Below, one piece after another: positions 49,274 to 62,500 of a stretch of 64,000 bases of DNA. Position 1 is the stretch's first letter; every line of letters begins with the position of its first letter. The stretch is from Botryllus schlosseri. Its lineage: Eukaryota. The position numbers and the translations under genes are program-made. The stretch covers positions 19,532,001 through 19,596,000 of the forward strand of contig CM119371.1 of assembly GCA_051294905.1 (NCBI GenBank). The letters run 5' to 3'. The notes under the pieces were generated by a model. It searched no databases. It saw only the letters and a program-made list of their open reading frames with translations, and was not told where the DNA came from.

Positions 49274-51879
49274 TCAGCCTTTGGTGAGAACAGGTTGGAT
49301 GGGGTAAGGAGTCCGTGGGCAAACCAATCCCGGGAATTTGCAAAGCTTGCGAACGACTTCCTGAAAAGTACATTACTCAGTGCGTAATTGACTGGGCCCG
49401 TCCGGGCTGGCTGTATAAGACAATGGGTAATGTATTCATAAATGGAAGTGGTCAAATTAGGTACTGGAATAGAAGTTGAAGTAACACCACAAACGTCTAC
49501 CCAATTACAAGTACAAATAGCGGTTTACAAACTACTTCAAGTTTAGTTCTAAATGTACTCAAGTAATGAGGTTTGGAAAATATATCTGGTCTACGCTACT
49601 TTCAAGACTCCGCGACTGACACATGCTGACTAATGACGTTACATATTGAAGGATTCTTCAAAATATATCCAGCTACCGCGATACAGAGGCTTTTTTGTTA
49701 TCTTGGCAATTACACTCATAAAATTGATGCAGACATCCCCTAGAACTACTTTTTACTTTATGTCCCCTAAAGTGCAGTGATGTAATGAGTAGAGTCATGA
49801 CTCGACTCGAGTTCGACTCCAGTCCTTATTTTTTGTTCACTCGACTTGACTCGAGGCATGTTTTCAAATGCTTAAAAATGACTCGACGTGACGCGAGTCA
49901 ATTCGTGTATTGACTCGAGTCACTGTGCATGACTCGAACCAAGTCATGACTTAAGACTAGGACGGCCGAGACGGACATTTCATTGTAACGTCGAAGAATA
50001 CTAAAGTTACTGCATTATTGGTTTTTCGTCTATCAGTCCTGATATTTGGAAAAAGGGCAATAAACTGTTAGGGCTGAGAAAATCTACGATTTTATGAACG
50101 TGAGCCATTGTATATCACCGAAACAGAGTTGAAAAAAGTGGGTTGAACCGGATTGAATTCAAAACTGAACAGGGGACACAATGACTTCGAATCAGACTCG
50201 AGTCGCAACACTATGACTCGGACTCGACTGTCTACTATCTGACTGGGACTAGGACTCGACTCAGTGGTGAATTGAAAATGACTCGACTTGACTCGAGTTA
50301 AAACGATAAAAATGAGATTGAATGGTGACTCGGAACCTTGTGACTTGGTTTCAACCGTGTTAAAGTGTAAAAAGTGAGTCGTTTCCCCTAAAAACTGTCA
50401 AGTACAAGTGGAAGTGTTCTAAATACGTTACCACTTAACTTAGTAGTGTAGGTAATCAAAAACATTTTAGGATTCAGAAAAAGTACAAATACTTCGATTT
50501 TAACTCTCTCTGGGTATAAGGATAAGTAATACCTTAACCTGGTATTCAATTATATCCAGGTTTAGAAGTGGTGATTCAAGTTGTGACGTGACTTCTTGAA
50601 GTAACAGTCCCAAAATATAGTATGCAGAGTATTCGAATAGGTTACTTGAAGAATTAGACTATAGGGTGGGGGAAATGAGTAGTGAAAAAAGATTAAATCC
50701 GCTTGAGTACTTTGAACATGTACCAATACTATATTATTGACCACCTCAGTACTGGAGATACGCAATATGCGTAGCCTACATCGGTAGAGTATCAAACGAT
50801 ACGTCTCTTGTACTACTAGGATGAGTCTTACTTATAGTATTGACTTACCACTTCCTTCTTTGTCAGACAGTATCCTGATCTACGGACGATTGAAAGGGCT
50901 ACAGGTTTTGATAGATAAGGTGCACTGCCGCGGCAGATAGGACCCACTTGGCAGACCAATTTTTTTCTGGGGTCACATTGTCCGTAATAGTTGTACAAAC
51001 CACCACAGCGTTCGTATTGTTGCTTAGGTCTGGCGCACACGTAACAGCAACTGAAAGGACACATATATTATTGATTCAGAAATCAAGATAAATATTTTGT
51101 GATGACATCACGGCAGCAATATGCAGATATAATCAAAATAATCATTGGCGATGTCAATATATGTACCACACGTGTTACATCAGTGGCGGGCATCATACGC
51201 CCCGTGGGATGATTTTGATCGGCCGTCAGAGAGTTTCTACCCTGAAAGTGAAACTATAATCTGAAAGTAGTGACAAATTGTATGCACACTGAACGAATCC
51301 AAGTATGGATCCCGATAAATATGGTTATGGTCATGGAACTACTTGTTCTGTTCCGGTCTACATACATTTGCGAGCAAACATTTTCGACCATGGACATGGC
51401 CAAGACAACGCTTCCTTTCAACCTATACGTGATGATCACGTGCAGGTTTCTATATCCGACACGCAACCAATGTTCAAAGAACTTTGTTCAATCACAGCTA
51501 TCTGATTAACTTCACCAGCTATTGATGGACATTATGTTAAATACTGTTTTGATCTCTATGCTTTAAACTTGAAGTCTACATTAAATATGGTTTATTCCTT
51601 GTATAGGTGGATAAATACGCGAATGATTTATCGATTTGGGAATCCGGCCCTACAAGTACGCATTATCCTATATCAGTCCTGCCGTCCGGAGTAATTGTGC
51701 GCGCCTGTGCTAAATGCTAGCAATACATACCCGCATCTGTCCGTTACGGGAATCTGTCCATATGGACAGTAGGGCCTTGGACAAGGCCTGGTACATGGTG
51801 CGCAGCGCAGCGATGTCGTTGATGATGCTTCATGCACTGCACCGACGTAAAACAAAACAACAAGACACAAAGTCTTCAT
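49274..51879 (-). CDS. G4: secreted IGFBP(IB)-domain Cys-rich protein, 145 aa; exons 51879-51731, 51050-50849, 49360-49274
   Basis: MKTLCLVVLFYVGAVHEASSTTSLRCAPCTRPCPRPYCPYGQIPVTDRCG|CCYVCARPKQQYERCGG...SGYCLTKKEV|EVVRKLCKFPGLVCPRTPYPIQPVLTKG*; intact splice sites. Confidence 0.92.
49775..50359. mobile_element. GACTC-rich hAT-type MITE in G4 intron 2 (related sequence at ~16320-16560)
   Basis: Absent from G1 and G3 intron 2; TSD ctaaagtg/ttaaagtg; arrays of GACTCGA. Confidence 0.7.
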
Positions 51880-52649
51880 AATCTCAGCTCGATATTATAT
51901 AAATAGGCTATTCTATAAATATTCTACAAATATATACATACATTTCAGATAAATTTCGACCTCGCATGGTAATGAGTTGCCTTCAACGACTAATTGAGTT
52001 AGAGGCATGTTGCATCGATATCACATCAGCTGCCGAACAGAAGTGGGGAGAACGAGTTGGATGAGAGGGGGTCTAGGTGCTTGGCTTGTGCCAGGACCTT
52101 CACAAGCAAAATTGTTACTAGATTGTTTGCTTATATCGTCCTCGAGCCACATGGTCTCCGTAACGAAGTAGTCTACTTCTACTTTTTTGGAGCATTCAAA
52201 TAGGTTAGGATATTAGCCTAGTTTTACCATAGTGTCCTATATGGTGTCGACACAAGCAAATCTCACGGCTCAGTGAAATTGATTCACGTCAGAATTTCCA
52301 TTTGGCTACAGGCAATTTGACGGTCATTTTTGACCGGCTTGCCGAGCATTAAATTTGGTAAAACGGGTATAAATCGAAAGCTGACTCTGCACTCATTAGG
52401 AAAATATAAATATTATTCCGCTCGTGGCCCTGGAACTCCCACAATCAGCCTCGAATTTTTCATTGTTTTGGAGATTGGCATTTGGACGCAACAATGCTGT
52501 GTGCGAAACGAGAGAGTAGCTCAAGACCAGTGGTGGCTTTTGGGGTAGGCGAGGTAGGCGGTCGCCTAGGGCCCCCCTGGTTGATTTACGCGCTTTCGAG
52601 GGCCCCCCTCCTCGGTTTACGCGCTTTTTCCAACTATTTCTCCGGTTTA

Positions 52650-54095
52650 CGCGCTTTTTTCAAGTATTACCATTTTCTGAATAACCGCGGAATCCTTGTA
52701 TCCATAAAGAATATGGTATTGTACCGTAAAGACAGGTCAATCATCAAATCTCATTTTTTAGTAAGCATTTTACGAATGACTTCAAAAATCCATGCGCCAA
52801 TTTAGAATATGGTACCGTAAGCAGTACTTGATCATTAAATTTCTGCGCTGGTTGCTAGAGCTCACTTTGATTTGATGATCTCTATCTATTTTGCCATTAG
52901 CTAAACGCCCCCCCTCCTACATTTACGCAAATGTTATCATTTTGCAAATAACTGTGAAAATACATGTACCCATGTAGAATGTAATACCACACACAGAAGT
53001 CAATCATTAAATTACTGCACCTGCTAAAAGCTTACTTTGATTTTATGAGGGGGGCCCCTTCTTCATTTACGCGATTTTTGGTTATCATTTTACGAATAAC
53101 CGTGAAAATATATGTACCCATGTAGCATATGGTACCGTAAACAGTAGTCGATCATTGAATTTCTGCATCCGCTTAAAGAGCTTACTTCGATTTTATTAGC
53201 CCCCCCCCCACTACATTTATGCGAATTTTAGTTATCATTTTGCGAATAACCGTGAAAATGTGTGTACCGATGTAAAATATGGTACCGTAAACCGTCGATC
53301 ATTAAATTTCTGCATCTGCTAAAAGAGCTTACTTTGATTTTATGAGCCCCCCCTTACATTTATGCGAATTTTAGTTGTCATTTTACGAGTAACCGTGAAA
53401 ATATATGTACCCATGTAGAATATGGTACCATAAACAGTAGTCGATCATTAAATTTCTGCACCTGCTAATAGAGCTTACTTTGATTTTATGAGGGGGCCCC
53501 TTCTTCATTTACGCGATTTTTGGTTATCATTTTACGAATAACCGTGAAAATATATGTACCCATGTAGCATATGGTACCGTAAACAGTAGTCGATCATTGA
53601 ATTTCTGCATCCGCTTAAAGAGCTTACTTCGATTTTATTAGCCCCCCCCCCCCCCACTACATTTATGCGAATTTTAGTTATCATTTTGCGAATAACCGTG
53701 AAAATGTGTGTACCGATGTAAAATATGGTACCGTAAACCGTCGATCATTAAATTTCTGCATCTGCTAAAAGAGCTTACTTTGATTTTATGAGCCCCCCCC
53801 CTTACATTTATGCGAATTTTAGTTGTCATTTTACGAGTAACCGTGAAAATATATGTACCCATGTAGAATATGGTACCATAAACAGTAGTCGATCATTAAA
53901 TTTCTGCACCTGCTAATAGAGCTTACTTTGATTTTATGAGCCCCCCCTCCATTTATGCCAATTTTAGTTTATCATTTTGCGAATAACCGTGAAAATACAT
54001 GTAGGCCTACCCATGTAGAATATTGTCTTGTAAACGGTGTTCGATAATTGAATTTCTGTGCTTGTTAAAAGCTAGCCTACTTCGATTTTATGTTA
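52650..54095. repeat. Minisatellite of ~145-151-bp units with a ~443-bp three-unit higher-order repeat
   Basis: C-run landmarks at ~52905, 53050, 53198, 53346, 53492, 53641, 53792, 53941; 53047-53489 is nearly identical to 53490-53935. Confidence 0.9.
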
Positions 54096-56779
54096 ATGAG
54101 GTCATATTGTATCATGGAATGAATTATTATTTTTGAGTATATATTTCCTAGTGGCAGCAGTGTATATATCAGTGCATCAAAATTTTCCAGTATAAGTTTG
54201 TGAGATTCTACTTGCTAGCTCTTGATGCCAGCTTTCATATGATACCGTATGTTAATTGATAATGAACCGTGTCCACACTGAGCCTGAATATCCAAAATAT
54301 CAAAGGAAATAGTCATTTGAAAGCCAATGAAAGCATAGGCTATTATAGCCTATATATTGTTGTTTACTGAGCCATTCTCTTGACTCAACATATAAGTTGT
54401 GAATTGGGCCTTTTCTGAATGGAAATCCATTCTCAGGGTTGTCATGATGGTAAATTTGTTCATTTCTGGTCTGCGGATTAGCAGCGTATTTTCAAAGCTT
54501 TACCATGCTCAATGTGCACCCGGTACAGTCAGTCAGAAAGTGTTGATGGTGTTGTCAGAAAGTGTTTTTTTATCACAGGTGGATGTCTTTTAATTGGTGG
54601 TGTACTATAGATAGATATGCAATACATCTTTCATTCAGGAATGTTTCTAGCGGCCTGATGCCTGATATTTTATGCCTCAAAAATCTATGTCGATACTTGA
54701 AAGGTTTGAATGGCTATTATTGAGAAAGGTGTACGAAAGGCTACATATATTCAATTTGTTGTGAGGTTGATAATTTAATGTGATGTCACAGAAAAAGACC
54801 AAAATGTGACCAAACAATTAGCAATGGAATCAATTTCAGCAGGGCAGAGGAAAGAATTAGATGATCACAAGGCAAGTTTTTGCAACTTTTTCTACAGCTT
54901 CTGGCAGCTTCCTAAATACTCGGAAGTTATATAGTATGTTGTTTTAAGCTGGTTGGAGGAATCTTACATTGCGACTTTTCCTCATTTTTTCAAGCAACTT
55001 TTTGCAGCTTTTCGATTTTTCATGCAACTCACTTTTTACTGGAAATATTTGGTACTTTATGTAAATAGATCGCTTGATTATCATCACTGTCGTATTTGAG
55101 GTCATTTCTCAGTTGACATACATTCAGGCTAGACCGCCGCAAATTATATTAGCCTACTACTGGGTCAATTTTTTCAGGCTATTGATTTTGTTGAAGGCGC
55201 CAACACTGAGTTTTGCGACAGTGCCTTGGATACGCATCGATTCGAGTATCTCATACCTTAATAATGTCAAGAAACTTATCCATAAATGTACTTTTTTAGT
55301 GTAACTTTAGTGAAAAATAAATGAAAAATAAATGCAACTTTTTACTTCAACTTTTATGAAAAATATGTGCAACTTTCCACGGATTTGACTGCAACCAAAA
55401 TTTGCCCTAAGATCAGGTGTTGCATAAGAAAATGTTGACCATTACACTCTTGAAATGGGCTACCAGTTCAATATAAATGTGACTCGGTAAACAGCATATT
55501 TAGTAAGGCGCACTCGTCAGTTGACAACCGTACCTTTCATTAGCTACGATGAGTTTGGTATCACTCAGTTATATGTTATGTTGTAATTGGTAGCATCAGT
55601 ATCTCCTAATTACTGCAGTCAAGTATCTGTTACAATGCCGCGAGTACATGCTAAATGTAAGTCAGGATCTCAGAAAAGGAAGTGGTTCAGATTTGGAAAG
55701 AAAGTGACAATGCAAATTTTGAACTGCGACACAAATACTTAACCATCTATTTCAGCTCAGGAATGTTCTGCACAAATTGAATATGATGCTGTTTTTCCAC
55801 CAACTATATTGCCTTGTAGACTTGAATGATGTAACAGTGCTTTCAAATACGTATATTGTATTTGATTGTAGTGGTCTTTTGTAGAGTTGTAGATTACGCA
55901 AATCGATAGACCCTAAAATCCGACCGTCACCCCAAATTCGAAATCCGGATCCAGTCCGGCCAGGTAAAAAAACATTGAAATTCTGCTCCGGCTCCTGAAC
56001 CGGACTGTGGCCATCTCTGGTTACGACCAGGTGATAATAGGCAACCAAAGCGGAGGCACCCGGCGTACGATTGGATCAATAGACTGGACAACTTCTAGAC
56101 CTCTCATTTTCGCTCTAAAGGCAACTGCGTAAACTACGTACGGAATAAAGATTCAATACGATTCATGTTCGCACTTGACTTGACCTGACTAATTCCAATG
56201 ACTAGAACTCGAGAGATTGCGTAAGCCTAACTGGAAAGGTCAACGAGTTCGGACACATACGCAATTGTTATCTCATAGATTGGGCCTGTCATATTGAATC
56301 CAGAACATCAATTTGAATGGTCTTTGAAGAACTAAGGACAGCAGCCTCGGAACTTCGGTCTCGGAACAACGTAGGACATTTTGGCCTTGAAACTGGAGAC
56401 TGTGACACAACACATACGGCTTACTGTCTATAAGTCTGCTGCGAAATCGCCGTTGGAAAATATATTAATCAATAAATACATGAATAAAAGCCGTAACTTA
56501 GTATACTGTTACAAGAAATCATCGAGAAGTAGCATATACGCAATCTCATAACCCATTCCGGTATGGTACACTGTCAAAATCAATGCAAACAGACGAACAC
56601 CGAACTTTGAGTAAAATAGATCGAGGAATAGGCTGATCGAATGATCAGCTGTTAGCCGACATCGAAAAGGAAATAGCTATCGCAATTGACAGGGGATTGT
56701 AAGCAAATGGTTTGAAGGCCACAATTTCACAGTGAAATGGACATTGGCGAACATAAAATTATGTGAATATTTGAATGCA

Positions 56780-57480
56780 AACCGAGAATCTTGGTTAGCT
56801 GTTTCATGCGATCATCGAGATATACCATTGGAAATATCATCACCGATCTCGTTATGGAACGCAGACTATAGATTAGCACAGACCGACACCGGCTTTTGCG
56901 TGAGATCCGCAATGACGTAGGTAGGCTAAGTATCAGATCAGCGCGCATCTCTACCATACTCGACCTCGAAAACGAAATAACTGCCTCAATCATTGAGTGT
57001 CAACTTTAAGACTTGGCACCGTGTTCGATACTAAAATCAAGACATACCGTGTGAAAGCTCATGACAGATCTAGGTATGGAACATCGTTAAAATCAATAGA
57101 GACCAATAACGGCTTTTGCGTAAATTTGTTGGCGATAAATGAAGAGTCAGCTCTTACTCGACTTTGGAAACGAAATTACCACCCACATAGTTCAGTGACA
57201 AACTTAAAACTTGTTACAGCGGTCGATACTAACACTTACCGTGCCAAATGTCATGACCGATTTCGGTATAGAACATCGTCAAAATCAATGGAGACCAATA
57301 CCGGCTTTTGAGTAAAATCTGTTTGCTGTACTATGTACATGATAGATCAGCACACACTGAACTTCGGAAACGGAATTACTACCATTATCTTTAAGTAGCA
57401 AGCCTGAAACTTGGAGCAGTGTTAAATACTACCTTCACGACATATCATACCAAGTTTCAAGAATTATCATGGTGCGAAAC
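56780..57480. repeat. Diverged tandem repeat, 3-4 units of ~190-220 bp
   Basis: Recurrent GAGACC(A/G)A(T/C)A(A/C)CGGCTTTTG at ~56880, 57100, 57292 and AAACG(A/G)AAT. Confidence 0.55.
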
Positions 57481-57949
57481 ACCATCAAAATCGACCTATA
57501 CCAGCAAAGGTCGACTCAACGCATATTACGGTAACCGAGTTCAGATATAGATACGATTGTTACATCACACCTTAGGGGCGAGTAGGCATATTTGCCCCGG
57601 TTGCTCGGCCATTTTACGAATAGGAGAGAGTAAATCACCGTTTCTTTATTGTGCGCGGCTTTGAGAGAATAGATAGTGAAAGCTTGTTATGAGCGCTACC
57701 GGGGCAAGCCCCGGCTAGGCATTCACAAAGCGAAAACACAGAAGAGAATTCGATTTTCGCAGAGACTTCGCTATGTATGGGCGTTTGCAAGCGAAAGCAC
57801 AAGAAGAACGCGGGTTTCGCTGTGATCTCGGTATATATTGATTGCTGTGCGTCTATAAATGGTTAAATTGTTATTGAACAGAATTTTAGGTGGGGCAATG
57901 CCCCAGTTGCCCTATAGGACGAGCCGCCACTGCAGTAGAGTAACTTTAT

Positions 57950-58560
57950 TAATTGCGTGGACTGCTGTAAGTAGTGATTTTATTGCCATATTTGCTTGTT
58001 TGTTTGGGGTTTGGATATCGTCTCGTATCTGCGAACAAATGGCATTGTAGTATAGGCTAAAATACGTAGTGGTTTTTCTGACCGGGCCCTCATCCAACAC
58101 CTAACATGGACAAACGGTGGGGGTTTCGGATGGAACCACGACGGGCACGGTACCTTCGACGCTAAAAGTCAAATTATTGCATGCAGCAACACCAGATTAA
58201 GTTCAGGTCGCGCACACTGTAATAAATAGTTAGGAAATAGCGGTGTTTACTAGATTTCCACCATAGGGCATATTGCAAATTAGGCCGACACTATAGTTTT
58301 TGCTACCAGATTTTGATTTCGAACTCAATGCGATGGGTAAAAACAAGTTAAATACATCCACCCGTATTGAGACATCTCCCATCGTGTAGTGGGTTTTGTT
58401 CAAGTATAGGTCAACCATGCACGTTTGTGTTCCTCCTTGGCGTGCTACACGAAAACAGAATCCACTGCAACACTCGGATATAACTCCATATGGATTGGTG
58501 GTTTAGGCAACTGTAATATATGTACCAGAAAGTGCTTTTCCACTGATTTCCACCCACATT
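57950..58560 (-). pseudogene. Decayed FUT8/GT23-like central relic
   Basis: YG...FCFRVARQGGTQT, then FNLFLPI, then SWFHPKPPPFV, compared with FUT8 [36 protein letters not shown]. Confidence 0.4.
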
Positions 58561-59128
58561 AGGGCATATATCGTCAAGTTATACGATTTTTCTTTACAAC
58601 GTGCATCGCATTCCCCTATACGAGGGGTGGACAATTATTTTCCTCCGCGGGGCGAGTGAAAGATTTTAGCTATATCTCCAAGTATTTTAATTTTATTTCT
58701 AAATCGCATTGTTAATAGAAGCTACTCTGTGAATGTGTTGGTGTTAGGCAATGAGATAGTGACGGTTAATTAAAATATATCTATTTGCCGTCACGATTCA
58801 GAACAATGTTAAACATGATACATTTTTAAATCTTTTAAAACCCATATCCATGATTTTCTATAAAGACTCTGAAAAATTCCGCGTCTCCTTATAATGATAT
58901 CACAAAATATCAAAAAGTGCAACCAGAATGCTAGCAATCCCAACGGACAATTTGATGGCATGGAAGGTTGCAGTTGTTGAGGAGAGAATTCTGAAATATC
59001 CAAGTCTTACAATACACAAATCAATAACTATAAGCTGGGGAAAATCGCGCGGTGCGTGAAAACAATTTTCAATAAACTTCGGCTTCGTGCCCACCTTCTG
59101 ACGTTTATTGTTTTTGTCATAAGACCGA

Positions 59129-59520
59129 TGTCACGGTGGTTTTACGCCTGTATCTATGATACCGTCACACATGACTGCTGCGCAACACGAGGTCAAGTCT
59201 CCTAGCACATGCTCAGTCTCTCTGTAGTTTTCGCAGTGTAAACAGGGCTGTGTAACGCTGTTAGTTTGAACTGGTATTAACGTATTTTCGCATTTAGAGT
59301 ATTTGCCAACGTATTTTTTAACGATATGCTATTGGACTAGACTGATTGACCTTGATCTGCAATACATCACAACGGGAGAATTATTGTGTCTGGAGTCTGG
59401 ACTTATAGCAGTCAGTTGGAGATACCAGAAGTCCGTCATTACTCGCAACTATACTCTAGTCCGGCTCAAGCTGAGCTGTTTCAGTACTGTGAACAATTAC
59501 TTTCGCAATCACACGGGACA
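59129..59520 (+). repeat. Putative BEL 5' LTR
   Basis: TGTCACGGTG...CACACGGGACA imperfect inverted termini, 36 nt before the gag ATG; the partner LTR lies outside the window. Confidence 0.6.
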
Positions 59521-59556
59521 AAGAGTTAAAAAATACGAGAGCTGACAGACCTCGAT

Positions 59557-62500
59557 ATGGATCATACACCGAGAGTAGCGGATAAACAGGCGATGAGCGG
59601 GCACTATATCGACGAAGCCCTTCATAAATACAGCGCCGCTTACGAGATAGCTGAGCGCGACTTCTTTTTCGCTATAAAGAATGCATCACCTATGGAGACG
59701 GTTGTAAAGTTCAAGAATGAATTAGATGAAGTACGCGATCAACTTAATATCGACTTGTACCGATTAAGTGAAGAAATAAAGAAGATAGAAGCTCTTCATG
59801 ACCGGATCTCGCCCTTGCAGGAGTTGTGGTGCAAGATCACAAGTGGAAAGTGTAGAGCCGACGGCGCTTATAAGGAATACCAAGAAGATGAGATGAACTC
59901 TCTTACCGACGTTACTATCGATTGCATTAATCGAGCCTCAGGCCGCAAATCGCCATCCTTTCATTCCGTCGCACCTTCAACCACTTCGAGCAGTTCCGCA
60001 AAAGTCCGCAAGGCTGCTCTGGCATTACAAAAAATCGAACTTGAGGAAGAGGCTGCAGCTGCTGCTTCAAAACGCAAAGAAGATGCCGCCAAAACAGTTT
60101 TGGAATTCAAGCTTAGAAAATTGGACGCTGCTGCAAATTTGGAAGATGCCAAAGAGGGGGCGTCTGGTGGCTCTGTCGGATCGCGAGGATCGATCATTTC
60201 AGATGCAGAAAACATTGCCGTGAGTACTGAACACTTAGATTTGCCCGCTACTCAAGCAATGACTTTCACTACCTTGAGCACGCCTGCATCAGTCAGCAGT
60301 ATTGCACAGAGGCCTGCTTCCGAGCCGGCGATGACTCAATCCCTACCGACCATTCGTCAGTCAACCGCAACAGCGGGTACTGAAAATGTTGAAGGAATTC
60401 TAAGATCACCCCCTTATCGTAGTGATGATAAGTCCGTCAGTTTTTTAGCGGAAAATCGTAGTGGCCAGGCTTGGGAACGGGAGTTACATTCCCAGTCTGC
60501 GCGTTCGCGTAATTTAGATGCCGGTTCGGGTCCGGCCATTCTCTCATATTCTCAAAGCACCCCGCAGTGGCAGAGTGGCCTTAGCTATGGCGACCTCATT
60601 CCTCGTTCTCGCGGTCACGCAGCCAGCGATATTCGTAACGTGCCAAACGCGCACAATGATCTCATTCCTCGTTCTCGCGGTCGCGCAGCCGCCGATATTC
60701 GTAACGTGCCAAATGCGCACAATGATCTCATTCCTCGTTCTCGCGGTCAATCCGCCGATATTCGTAATGTGCCAAATGCGCACAATGATCTCATTCCTCG
60801 TTCTCGCGGTCAATCCGCCGATATTCGTAATGTGCCAAATGCGCACAATGATCTCATTCCTCGTTCTCGCGGTCAATCCGCCGATATTCGTAACGTGCCA
60901 AATGCGCACAATGATCTCATTCCTCGTTCTCGCGGTCACGCAGCCGCCGATATTCGCAACGGGCCAAATGCGCACAATGATCTCATTCCTCGTTCTCGCG
61001 GTAACGCAGCCTCCGATAGCCGTTATATTCCAAATGAGCACACCGATCTCATTCCTCGTTCTCGCAATCGAGTACCAGTAGTCGATGATTACGACCGTCC
61101 AGGCGATTTAGCGTCTTTCGAACACGATTCTATTCCTCAGCCTGGACAAAGTCAATTCGCAGCCTTAGCACATAATACTCGATATTCATTGCGAAATTAC
61201 AGACCATCTGTTCCAACGACACCGGATAGCCCGGTGAACTCGAATAATGATTCCTATCTTGCCATGTTAGGTTCCATGAAGCGTAGTATATGGACCTCAA
61301 TACTGTTACAATTGCTGAGTTCGATGGCAACCCGCTAGATTATTACCGCTTCATGAACGAATTCGACAGTGCTTTTGAACCCGTAAATGCCAATCCGTGC
61401 GAACGGCACGACGCCCGAACCAAGCTTAACAAGTTGATATCGTGCTGTACTGGCGACGCTAAATCCTCTCTTGCTGGCTGCCGTGCTAATCGTTATGACG
61501 AGGATGCATACTTGTATGCCCGTGACGTCCTCTATGATAGTTTTGGCCGAGACTCGTATGTTATTGACGCTTTCATTTATGAATTGACTCATGGCGATAA
61601 AGTTAACACTAATGATAATCGGGAACTGGCTGCAGCATACGATCAGCTTCGGTCGGCAAATCACGTCCTTTCGCAACTTGGCGCTATGGCCCAAGTAAAT
61701 GCACCAGCAGTCTCTGATGCAATAATGAATCGCTTTCCCCGCCACTAAATACAAAGATTCTCGAGCAAGTACGAAGAAATGATGGAGAGAGGGTTCGAAC
61801 CGCAGTTCGAAGAATTTGTCGCCTTCGTGGGTAGACAGGCTGGTACCTCTAGAACTCGACTCGGAAAATTCGTGTCGCGCATGCCGTTCGACAGAGGTAC
61901 GAAGTTTCCAAAGCAAAAGACGCAAGTGAACGCAACGTCCGTAGATCGTCCCACAGCCGTCTCCAACGAACCAAGACGAACGAGACCACCGCCTCGCTGC
62001 CACCTCTGTGACGACTCGCACGTGCTCTACCAGTGTGGCCTTTTCCACCAGAAGACTCCAGCCGAACGCAAGAAACTCGTAGAAGAAAAGTCAGTCTGTG
62101 TCAACTGCCTGGGCTACGGGCACGAGGCCAGCACGTGCAGGTCAGATCGCAAGTGTCGCATCAGCGGCTGCGGAGCGTCGCATCATACCCTCCTGCATGG
62201 GGGCTTTCAAAATAAAATAACCGCAGATGTCCACACCATGTCGTCTTGGCTAAACGGGAAAGTCAATCCCGTGCGGTTATCCGTTATACCGGTTATAATC
62301 ACCTCTCCCAATTCGAATGTTAGAGTGATAACCAATGCATTCCTAGATCCAGGTTGTGGACATGTTCTGTGCACACCGCGCTTGCGTAACAAATTAAATA
62401 TCCACGGTGATCGTATGATTTGCGAAACGTCGACTGCAGGTGGCGTTTTTGAAAGCGAAGTAGAGGTAGTTTCTCTTACAGTGCAATCCCTTGATCAAAG

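Noticed and set aside
52840..54095. CRISPR-like array (also considered for 60592-61066)
   Set aside because: Units are whole tandem repeats without unique spacers; no cas genes; eukaryotic context
60518..61081. Alternative-frame hydrophobic repeat ORFs (60518-61081 + and 60544-61041 -)
   Set aside because: Explained by 3n-length repeats within BEL gag
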